In this document: piece by piece, positions 39,971 through 50,769 of the stretch
How positions within the stretch are numbered: position 1 is the stretch's first letter
Layout: the number at the start of each line of letters is the position of its first letter
Notes under the pieces: generated by a model
The model's database searches: none
The model's input: only the letters and a program-made list of their open reading frames with translations
Told to the model about the DNA's origin: nothing
Position numbers and translations under genes: made by a program
Assembly (NCBI GenBank): GCA_028534125.1
Contig: CM052816.1
Location: 35,466,001-35,530,000 of the forward strand
Direction of reading: 5' to 3'
Origin: Lama glama
Lineage: Eukaryota
Length of the DNA: 64,000 nucleotides

Positions 39971-40419
39971 CTTTTCCTCTCAAGCCCTGGGCTCTCCATC
40001 AGTTCCTGACCTTCCCTCAGAGTGTCTAACTTTCTACTTCACCCAGGGACAAAATCAGCTATACCAGACTTCTCCCTGACCAGTGAAGGAAGGTCATCAT
40101 TCCCTAGCATGGGGGTGAAAAGGAGGGATGTACTTGCTTCTCCCACATCAGCCAAGTAAGAACTTGAACTGTCCTACCCAGGCTCCTTTTATTGCCCTCT
40201 TCACCCCTGGTCTGCAGACCAGAGGTGGTAAGCATGGGCCAGAGAGACTGCTGCCTGGGTGAGTGAACCCCAACACTGTGCCTGACCCCCCAGTTCACTG
40301 GTGGTGGAAGACTACCACTGAGGCAAGACTTCCAGTACCAGGGGCAAAGCTCCCACTCCCCGTAGAATCGGGGGTAACAGGTATGAAAGGCCGCTCAAGT
40401 ATTTTAAATAACTGCTACA

Positions 40420-40640
40420 ATACTATTTATTGAGCATTAACCATGAGATAGACACTGAGATAAGCATTTTAAACATGTTACCATATTTAATCCTAACCCA
40501 CAAGCCACGAACTATTATTTTACCCATTTTACAAATGACAAAAGACACTTAGAGAAGTTCAGTACTTTGCCTTAATCTTACAGCTACATAAGTGGCAGGA
40601 CCAACTTCACAATACAAACCACTGTGCTGCACTGCATCGT
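40420..40640 (-). mobile_element. MIR SINE
   Basis: ctatttattgagcattaacc...atttaatcct...cccattttacaaatga...agagaagttcagtactttgcc. Confidence 0.75.
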
Positions 40641-41594
40641 TGGCAACATGAACCTTCCAATAATAAAAGTGGTGCAAACCACTACAATTTGCCAAACTTA
40701 GGACGTTGACTAGGCAGTCAAGACATACAGTTAGTCACATTTTCTAGCATAGACTAGTGCCGCTTTTTTTTAAAAATCACAAACTCAGTATCTTTGCCTC
40801 AGATACATTCATGCTTGTATTTATTCAAACACAGTATACTTGAACATAATATACATGATTTTAGGCATGACAGGTACTTCCACAAGAATTGTTATTCCAA
40901 GGCACAGTAGCTATAAATGTGTATGAGAGGATGTGAGATCTAATATGTCCCACTATTCAAGAGTTTGTCTTGTAGTCTTCAGGTTAATAAACCCTATATA
41001 GTTGGGTCAATACTGGACTATTCTGAACAACTCGGCATCAAGAACTTTGCCTGTGTATTACAGTGGGCTAGAACGCTTAGCTGTGGGTGTGGAGAACTCT
41101 ACTTCTTAAAATTAAACAATCTGTCAGAGGTAAAAAGAACTTCCTTATTTTTCAGATGTGAAAACTTAAATTTGGAGGCATTATGTGAACTTGCTTTTTG
41201 AAAAAACATTTTCCAAAAGAGTTTTCCAGAGTTCAAGAAAATTTTTAATTCATCAGAATAAAAATGTTTGGAGCAAATGGGGAGAGAATTTAAATGTTCC
41301 TACTATAGCTTGGTTCAAATGAGATCCTTTAGGACAGGAAAAATCTTTTCCATTTGCCTTGTCTCTGTACTTCATTTTTCTATGGCTCTCAGTATTATTT
41401 TATGTTGTGCAAAAGCTCTAGGCTTTTAAAGTCTGTCAAAAACAAAAACCAAAACCCACCACCCCTGTTATATAAGGCACCATGTGAAATGAAAATAAGC
41501 AATGCTGGGCAGTTAGATGACCTAAGTATAAGATGATGACCATCGAATAGAGAAAATCAATTGCCTTTTTTTCTTCCCCAGAAAGTGCCCTGTA

Positions 41595-41790
41595 GGGGAT
41601 AGATAAGTGCAGGCCGTAAATAGTTTATTACTTGGTAGTTCTTCCTAATGGCAGGCAGCACTGAAGCTGACGAGGTAACGAGTAGTCACTCAAGCAAAGG
41701 TCACTTTCTCCGGCCCAGCAGCCTCTTCACATGGAAATACAACCTGGGTCTAATGCTGATTTGAAAGGAGAGGTCATTATACTGCCCAGC
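41595..41790. promoter_or_regulatory. Candidate enhancer (GATA + CDX/HOX + HNF4/nuclear-receptor motifs)
   Basis: AGATAAG at 41601-41607, GGCCGTAAA at 41612-41620, TTTATTAC at 41624-41631, CAAAGGTCA at 41695-41703, in apparently non-repeat sequence with several retained CpG. Confidence 0.4.
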
Positions 41791-42529
41791 TCCAGGCATC
41801 AACTTTCTAAAGGTTTTAAATTGTGCTTCTTTAAAAAATGAACTCAAACCTGTGATATCTGTGCTTTATTGCTAGTGAAAAGAACTGATTACCATGGTTA
41901 GCGTAACTGCTTTTATTGAGAAGTGGCAGCCCAGTAGTGGAAAATAAATCTTGTGGCTCTGTGTAGGAAGTCTGAAATATAATTCATAGCTTCAGTTAGC
42001 TTTCAGAAATAAAAGGGACAAGGATAGGGTTCTGTTTTCTTTTGATGATGATTGTCCATGAATTCAGACAGGGATACCACGTGGGGTCTGAAGAGGGTCA
42101 CTGGGGATTTCGGAGCAGAAGGAGAGACCCCAGACAGCAGAAGCACTTGTACAGTAGCAAAAGACTAGTTTAGAGTCACTGTAAGTTGAGCAGAAGGTGA
42201 GAACCCCAAAGACAATTGGACTTACATTTATAGTTTCCAAAAAGAACCCTGCCCTCGAGATTAAACCTAAGCAATTCTACTGAGATGGGGAAATAAAACC
42301 TACATATAAAGATGCAATTTTCATCTCCGTTCAGGGAAAAAAACCCTTCCATTTCTGTTTTTATTAATACTTTCAGCCATGCTGGCCATAGACAGTTCAA
42401 TTTCAGTCATTTGGCACTGATTCAGGTTTGGCCTGAATTAGCTCCAAATGGAATAATGCTTATTATTACATATGATATGCTTTTCCTAATTACATCCTCT
42501 ATTTAATCTCTAAGAATACTTATATTCAC

Positions 42530-42875
42530 AGTTTTTTTTCCCTTGAGGTCACTTTGGCTTGTAACATTATGTTTCATGTGTATAACATTATAATTTGACT
42601 TCTGTCTACACTACAGCATGTTCACCACCAAAAATCTAGTTTCTAAACACCACCATTCAACTGATCCCCTTTACCCATTTTGTCCTCTCCCCAGAGCTCC
42701 TTTCCCCTCTGATGACAACCAATCTGTTCTTTGTGTCTATGTGTTTGTTTTTATTTTAGTTGGTTGGTTTGTCTTATATTTCACATATGAGCAAAATCAA
42801 ACGGTATTTGCCTTTCTCCATCTGATTCATTTTGTTTAGCATATCCTCAAGGTCCACCCATGTTGTTGCAAATGG
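42530..42875 (-). mobile_element. L1 3' end
   Basis: gtaacattatgtttcatgtgtataacattataatttgacttctg...ttcaccaccaaaa...tcaaggtccacccatgttgttgcaaatgg. Confidence 0.8.
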
Positions 42876-43459
42876 TTAATATTATATTCACAATTTTTAT
42901 AACACTTGCTTGAATAGATCTTTCATATCTGTGAATCTTCACAGCCATTCTTAAAATAGAGCTACACTAACTGCTTATTTCATAATTCAGCCTGTATTAC
43001 TAGAAAAGTGACATGATTCAGCCACACTTTAAATGGATTTCCATGGTTTACATTTTGAAAGCTAACTATAGGTAGATTATTCAGCATGTCCAGTAATTCC
43101 TTTGGGAATTTTTCATGATTATACGAATACCCTTCAGAAGTGAGCTATTCAGTCTAGCTTGGATTTATGTGCTGATCTTGTAGTAACTTCATAATGTATT
43201 GGCCACAGTTCTTTCAGTTGGACAGCCTCTACTTGTCCCACCCTGCAGCAGTGCAGCTTCACCTTGGGGCCATCACCACTGTAAACGTCAGGCCATTTTT
43301 GAATCGCATCGAGCTGAGATCAGAGCTTTGGTTTCAAGACCTCCACGGAGAAAATGTGTCCCTCAGTTTTCAGCTGACTAAAATGAACTAAGAGTTGGTT
43401 CTGCTTTGAGGAGAATAGATGCATTCATGGCAATTTATAGATTACTTAAAGCATCGGCT

Positions 43460-45298
43460 AGGAAGAAAACTGCCACAAATATGACAATAGATTTATATCG
43501 GTATCCTGAAAGGAGGAATGCATGTCAAGAAGACAAACAGTAAGACTAATAAATGAAGTGCAGAGTGCACAAAGACACAATCTTCCAAAGAGTAAATAAA
43601 TACAACCAGTAACCAAACTTGGAGAAATGTTCAATCCCAACCAGTAATCCGGCGAATGCAGTTTAAAAAGAAGATACTGTTTTCATTCTTTAAATCAGCA
43701 AAAAATAAACAAAAATTGAAATACCCAATGCTACTGAAGGGGGCGGAGTCTGTCACTCCGATACAGGCCATCAATCATATTTTATCAGCTCATTCTTTTA
43801 AAGAATATTTTGCCCATGAACATTGGGAACATTAAAACCATGCATACTTTTGGTTCAATCCTCCCTAAGAAAATAATCTAAAATGAAAAAAAAAATCTCG
43901 TGCATAAATATATTCATTTCAAAATTATTTACATTAGCAAAAAATTGAAACAACCTAAGGAAGCAAAAGTAGGAAAATGGTAAACAAATGGCATATTAGC
44001 CATGAAGTAATACAATCATGCATATTTAGTCATACCTAAAACAGTGTTTATTTACTTCTAGGCAATACGGTAGTTTGGGTTGTGTGAAATAGTGCTCCTC
44101 TACCTCAAGTACATTACAATTTCACTTAAAATATAGTTTAAAATGTCTAAATCTATATATAAGCTCAATTAAACTTTTTAAAAGCCTCAATGCACAAGTT
44201 GAACAATGGACTAAATATAGCCAAAAAAGAAGTATTGCATTGAGAGAGAGATCGAGGAAAGACACTGAGAACTCCAGAGCAAGATTAAAAGAGAGAAAAT
44301 ATGAAAGAGGTATTAAGAGACATAGAAGATGGAAAGATCAGGTCCAATAAATATCTAACTGAGGTTTCAGAAATAAGAACAGAGAGAATGGGAGAATTTT
44401 AGTAGAAAATGGCTTAGATTTTCCAGTTGTAAGGAGACATGAAGTCACACACGAAAGGGACACACCAAGTCCTGAGGAGAGTAAACCAATGCACCTCTAA
44501 CCTCATTACAGTGAAGGAGAGAATATCCAAATCAGACAGAAAATCCTAAAAGCTACCAGAAAGAAAAGTCTGATAACCTACAAACACGCAATAATAGGCT
44601 CGGGTAATTCACCTCTACACGTATCCACATAATAAAGAAAAATCCCAGGAGTATTACTGAGTTGCTACCAGTAAGTTAGCTTTCTCAGTGTTCCCTGTTA
44701 CCTATTTCTGTGAAGGATATTTATTTCTGCATAATTTTGTACTCTGATGCCCTACTGAATCCTCTCAGTGTTTACATCGTTTTTCAAAGGATTCTCCTGT
44801 GTTTCCCTGTACATAATTTTATCACCTAGAAATAACAATACTTCTGCCTCCTTTTATCAGTGTTTGTTCCTCTGGTTTCTTGGTCTTGTCTAATTGTGTT
44901 GACCACAACTTCTGGAACAATGTGACATAGCTATGGACATCCTTGTCTTGCTTGTCTCTTTATGGACCACTTCCAGTACAATCTTAAATTCACATGGTGT
45001 CACTTTAGGGTGAAGATGGATTCCTCCTTAACATGATAAAACATATCTATTGATTCCTGTTTTATTTAGAGATTCTTTATGAATAATGGATGTTGAGCAT
45101 TATTAAATACATTTTCAGCAGATGAAGATGATCATGTAAATTTTCCATTTTGATTTATTAATAAGATAAATTATATGAATAGCATTTTCTGATGTTGAAT
45201 TATTCTTGCACTTTTAGATAGAATGTCACTTGGTCATGGTTTATTATTCTTTTAATATGCTGCCGAGTTTTGTTTGTTAATGTTTTATTTAGATTCTA
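43460..45298. mobile_element. Cluster of old L1M fragments (plus 3'-end piece, plus ORF1-like piece ~44200-44600, minus ORF2 piece ~44660-45298)
   Basis: aaattgaaacaacctaa; ttaagagacatagaaga...aatatctaactgaggtttcagaa; ggacatccttgtcttg...cacttggtcatggt. Confidence 0.65.
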
Positions 45299-47479
45299 CT
45301 CCGTGCCATGAGATGATGTACTTGGAATGACAAGATAGGAAAAACCTACAAAAAGCAGCCATGTCACTGGTGGCTAGAGCCAGACTGAAGGCAACTAAGA
45401 AGCTGCTCTTTGTCACTCTTGTCCCTGAAAATATAGATGGTTGTCGCCTGTCCTATATCAGAAAGGATTTTAAAGAAATATCTCTTGATAGAGTTTGTGG
45501 GGTTGAACCTTCATCCTTATAACTTGGGAGAGAATATTACATCTTAGATTTCCTAAATCAATTTTACCTCTATTCATATTAAAAATACAATTCAGTTATG
45601 ACAATTATCTCCAAATATTAGGGTCTGGGTCTCCTGTTATTTCAGGGAGAAAAATGGTAACCAAGTTAACAGGTGATCCCTGCATGGACAACATGTGTTT
45701 GGATATATAATTACTTCTTCAAACACTGTTTGAACAAAATATACATTTTTAATTCAAAATGCTTAATGACAAGGTGAAAAAAGAAAATTTTATGCAGTTT
45801 AAGCTATTTAAAATTTTTCCGCATCCCAAAATATAGAAGCTAAAACTTTTCTTCAAATCCAAGCCATCACAAGAATTCTTGAAAAACACAGATCAGGAGA
45901 TTCATTTCTTTCTGAAGGAGGTTTGCACAGTCTGTGATCACAAGCGGTTTAAAGAATTTAGGGTTGTTGGTTCCTAATTGTCTGAGAATCTAAATTAAGT
46001 CCTGATCATAAGATTAAAAGGTATCATCACTTTAACACTAAAACCAGGATTTTTAGTGTTAAAATTCTGCTGATATCTTTTGGTTAACTGAAAAAATAAT
46101 TCACCCAGTTGTCTTTTAAAGTATTGCCACCATTCTCTTGACTTTTCCTATGGCAGTACAATTTATGGAATCAGAGGAAGGTCATTTTCTCTGCTTTGGT
46201 CATTTTTTTTTTTAGGACTGGATAGCAATAATATAAATGAGTCTACTTTAATATGCAAAAAAGTGCCAAGAATTTTAAAACAAGCTTTATAAGGGACTCT
46301 TCTCTGCTCTTCCCTCTACCTTGAAAAGAAGTAGAATATGCAAGATAACCAAAGACATTCTGGATTTAAAACCCCTGTGGTAACTATTGATCAGCAAAAC
46401 TCCAACAGGGAATCAATGGCTAAATTCATGTGATTATTATGGTCCACAACTCTGATATTAAATTATTTCCATTTACCACTGCCCAATCAATATTCTTGGT
46501 TGTGGGGAAACAGCTGAACCACCTTGTCAACTTTAGAGACTCAACTTGTGACCGAAATCATGGTATAGCCAGTACTTCTACCATTAACAGCAGAAAACAA
46601 GAAAGTTCCCTTGTAATCAATATTAGCAAAGGGCATGTGTATCTCTGTTCTTCAGATGACTGTGTCGGTTTAATCGAATTTTAGTTCAAAGATCCATTTG
46701 TCTCTGGTTCTGCATCAGAGACGAAAATTACTTTATTTGATTAACTATGCAGACTGGGAAGAAGTCTTCCATGTATCTTAATATTCAATTCTCATGCATT
46801 CATTAGGAAGAAACAATTCCACAACCTCAAGTAAATCGTTTTAAATTGGAATGGTCAAAACAAAAATGTTAATATCCAAATATAATTTAGTGTGTTACAT
46901 AAGCATGTGCAATCATCTAAAATTAAAACTAATCACTCTGCATCAGAAGCAGTAATAAAAGTCAAAGTTCTGCCTCATTGTTCTCCAGTGAAGCATGAAT
47001 AATTCATGATTCAGGTAAACTTTCCATCTCCCTTGAGTCTTCCACAAGATTTTACCAATTTCATTATTCAAACTGTGTCTCTTTAGACACTTCAGCTACA
47101 CTAGAATTGAAATAATACTAGGTATCATACGTTCTGATGTTACTATTTGTAGATCTGTCCTTTAGCCCTCATGCAAAGCAGAGTATGACCAGGTCTGGTG
47201 GGACAAAGCAAGAGTCCTGGGCCTGGCTTTACTTCAAGGCTTCCCACCCTCCCTGAATCTGGCCTGGTTTCTCCCCAGTTCTCCAATATTCTGCTTGAAT
47301 TCAAATCTTTTCTCATCCAGAAGTATCTGGTCCCATCTATCTTTCCCAGAAAGCTGCCTGTAGTGGAAAATTAAAACCATCTCTTTTAGAGCTGAAAACT
47401 CTTCTCCTAATAGCACTTTTTACTTCACAATAAATGCTGCCATCCATAGTGTCACTAGTTTCATCTATCACATATATAC

Positions 47480-47780
47480 ATTCAGTTATTAACATTAAAT
47501 ATTTATTAAGCTTCTACTGTGGGTGATGTGCTAAAGACAGAAGGAAGACTCAAATTCTGCCTTCAAGAAGGTGACAGATGTAACAGGCTGAATGTTAAAA
47601 TACCAGTGTAAGAGGTGCCATTTCACATGGACTGGAGATGTGAAGTAAGTTTCCTAGAGAAGAAGCATTTTCACTTGTTCTTAGAAGATGAGTAGGAATA
47701 TTCAGGTTATGTAGAGAAGGGAGAATGAGAAAAGAAGCCAAGGAGAGGGGAATGAACATCTACAAAGATGGAGAGTTGTG
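47480..47780 (-). mobile_element. L2 3' fragment
   Basis: aaatatttattaagcttctactgtg...ctgccttcaagaag...ttagaagatgagtagga. Confidence 0.65.
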
Positions 47781-48065
47781 AACAAAAAAAACACAGGTTT
47801 TAGGACAGAGGTTCCAAACTCCAGCAGTCAGTATGGATCAGCAAAGCAAGCTGGGTGGAGGCAGTGGGATTCGGCGGGTACTGAGCTGCCTGGACAATGC
47901 AGGGCACTTCAAAATCACCAGCCTATAGCAGCCACGTGGAGTGCAGGTCCAGAGAGGTCTCAGAAGAAGCCAGAAATCTGGATTTTCATGTAATATCTTG
48001 AAATTTTTCATTGTTAGCAAATAACTTTTTAAAAATTATTACTCTGTAGGCAAAATCAAACAAGT

Positions 48066-48590
48066 TGTTGACTGAAATAAAATGCACAACTTAAAATTTG
48101 AGAGTTATGTTTTATTCAGTGGATGTCCTGAGGACTCAAGCCTGGGGCAGAACATCTCAGATTGCTGTAAGAGGCTGTTCCAAAGTGGCAAGGTAGAAGC
48201 CAGGATATATGAGTTTTTGCAACAAAGACCAGGTATTCAGAACATCAAAAGATTACTGTTAATTGAAGAAAACCAATATCTCAAGTTAAGGAAAGCAGCA
48301 GTTTTCTATGTATGGAAAAGTGCAAAGGTCTGGGTTCACAGGAATCATTTATTTGATAAGCACCTAACTATCTAGGGCCGGTATCCTGTTCTTCCACATC
48401 CAGGGTTCCCTCAGGGTGCACAGTCGGGGATGGCTGCAGAGGCCAGGCTGCCTGTAGAGGCCATGCTGCCTGCTGGTCTTCATCCTGAGTTCCCTCTGGC
48501 CCACTGCCAGGGGTGGCAGTAGTGGCTGATGACTTGATGGTCACAGCATTCTTTGTTTACTGATATAGATGGCAATATTTTTTATTCACA
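48066..48590 (-). mobile_element. MER41-like (cetartiodactyl) ERV1 solo LTR
   Basis: tgttgactgaaataaaatgcacaacttaaaatttgagagttatgttttatt...aacatcaaaagattactgttaatt...ttattcaca; flanks aagt / atgt. Confidence 0.75.
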
Positions 48591-48598
48591 ATGTCTTC

Positions 48599-49084
48599 TG
48601 CAGTAGGCTGAATAATGGCTCCCAAAACTATTCATAAGCCAATGCCTGAATCTGTGAATATGTTACCTTACATGACAAACGGGACTTGCAGATGTGGTTA
48701 AGTGAAAAATCTTGAGATGGGGAGATTATCCTGGATTGTCTGAGTGGGTCCTAAATGTCATCCCAAGTGTCCCTACAAGAGGGAGCAGAGGGAGATTTGA
48801 CTACAGCAGAGAAGTAGGAGAGGAGAAGATAGAAATGAGGGGCGACAGTGATGTTAGGAAGGGGTTAGGAGCTAAGGAATATAGGAAGTTTCTGGACACT
48901 AGAAAAGACAAGAAAACAGATTCTTCCCTAAAGCCTCCAGAAGAAACCAGCTCTGCTAACACCTTGACTTCAGTGAAACTGGTTTTAAACTTCTGGCCTC
49001 TAGAATTGTAAAGAATAAATCTGTGAGTTTTAAGCCACCAAATTGATGGCAGTTTGTTACAGAAGCCATGGAAAGCTAATGCAT
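48599..49084 (+). mobile_element. MLT1D LTR
   Basis: tgcagtaggctgaataatggctccc...gagatggggagattatcctggatt...aacttctggcctctagaattgtaaagaataaat. Confidence 0.85.
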
Positions 49085-49199
49085 CTCATGACCTGATTCA
49101 GCTCTCTGAGTTGTCAGTTGCATGTGTGTTTGTGTGCCCAGGTGGAGAACGGCAGGACATTAGACTAGAGAGATGAGCCTGGGCTAAGCTCCTGATATT

Positions 49200-49960
49200 C
49201 TTTCTGTTACTTTATTTGAAAAATGTTTGTTTATATGTCATTCTACCCTATTAGACCGCGAATCCTTTTTTGGACAGAAACTGTATCTTATTCTCTTTGT
49301 GTCTTCATTGCCTAGCAGAGTGCTTGGTACATACTCTTTGCTCAATAGATGAATAAAAAGCAAGGTGGAAAGGGAGGCTGGAGCCAAATCACCAGGAGCT
49401 TATTGTTGCTATTTCAAAAAAAGTTGGATTTTATTTTAAGGAGATGGGGAACAAATAAAATATTTTAAGCGTAAGAGGGACTGAGCACTTTGCTTCTCAG
49501 AAACTGATATACATAAGGACAGCTTAGAAAAGTGCAACTGAAATCAGAAGATTGGTTGGAAAGCTGTTGCAGTAATAAATTAATCCTACAAACCAGGACT
49601 GAGTCATTGGCAGTGAAGATATATAGAAAATTGATCAGACCCTGGAGTTTAAATTGACTGGACTTAAATATTGATTCAATATTTAGTGAGAGAGGAAAAA
49701 GTGAAGTCCTGGATGACTCTCAAGTTTGTGGGAAAATTGTAAAAAAATAAAAGAGAGAAGTTTAGGGAAGAGGATGAGTTCAGTTTTTGACAAGTTGATA
49801 TTGTAGTACCCATGAAATACTAAAATGGAAATGTTCAGTTGATTATATTTTCTTGAGTTTAGCAGGGAAGTTTAAAGTGGCAATGGAATAGCTGAAGCCA
49901 CAGTTTTGATGACATCACACAGAGAATGTTGTTGATCAAGAAGAGAAAAGAGAGAGGAGA
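49200..49960. mobile_element. L2 fragments (plus tail, then minus piece)
   Basis: cctagcagagtgcttggtacata...ctcaatagatgaat; ttggattttattttaaggagatgggga...gatgagttcagtttt. Confidence 0.65.
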
Positions 49961-50019
49961 GGAGAGAAGCTCAAGAACTGGTGCATTTGAGAGGAGAATA
50001 CAGAAGAGAAAAAAGAAAA

Positions 50020-50769
50020 GCATAGAGATTAAACAATATGTTATTGAAAAAACAATGGATCAATGAGGAAATCAAAGCTGAAATTAAAAAATACCTTGAG
50101 ACAAATGATAATGAAAGCACAACCANNNNNNNNNNNNNNNNNNNNNNNNNNNNNNNNNNNNNNNNNNNNNNNNNNNNNNNNNNNNNNNNNNNNNNNNNNN
50201 NNNNNNNNNNNNNNNNNNNNNNNNNNNNNNNNNNNNNNNNNNNNNNNNNNNNNNNNNNNNNNNNNNNNNNNNNNNNNNNNNNNNNNNNNNNNNNNNNNNN
50301 NNNNNNNNNNNNNNNNNNNNNNNNNNNNNNNNNNNNNNNNNNNNNNNNNNNNNNNNNNNNNNNNNNNNNNNNNNNNNNNNNNNNNNNNNNNNNNNNNNNN
50401 NNNNNNNNNNNNNNNNNNNNNNNNNNNNNNNNNNNNNNNNNNNNNNNNNNNNNNNNNNNNNNNNNNNNNNNNNNNNNNNNNNNNNNNNNNNNNNNNNNNN
50501 NNNNNNNNNNNNNNNNNNNNNNNNNNNNNNNNNNNNNNNNNNNNNNNNNNNNNNNNNNNNNNNNNNNNNNNNNNNNNNNNNNNNNNNNNNNNNNNNNNNN
50601 NNNNNNNNNNNNNNNNNNNNNNNNNAAAATGTTATGATAAATCACAGAGAAAAAAATGTGACAATGAGTGTGCATATGTCCATGAATGACTGAAAAATTG
50701 TGCTGAACACTGGAATTTGACACAACATTGTAAAATGATTATAAGTCAATAAAAAATGTTAAAAAAAAA
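50020..50769 (+). mobile_element. Young L1 flanking the gap (ORF2 piece left, 3' end right)
   Basis: RLNNMLLKKQWINEEIKAEIKKYLETNDNESTT is L1 ORF2 just after the endonuclease; the right side is an L1 3'UTR ending aataaaaaatgttaaaaaaaaa. Confidence 0.85.
50126..50625. other. Assembly gap (500 N)
   Basis: Run of N. Confidence 1.

Larger units (their letters stand above)
47805..49125. mobile_element. MER102-like hAT element split by two LTRs
   Basis: cagaggttccaaactcc...agaagccagaaatctggattttcatgtaa...gtaggcaaaatcaaac [LTRs] tgacctgattcagc...gttgtcagttg. Confidence 0.6.

Noticed and set aside
49971..50723. Long ORFs of 199-250 aa
   Set aside because: Gap artefacts; the only real coding piece is a short L1 ORF2 fragment
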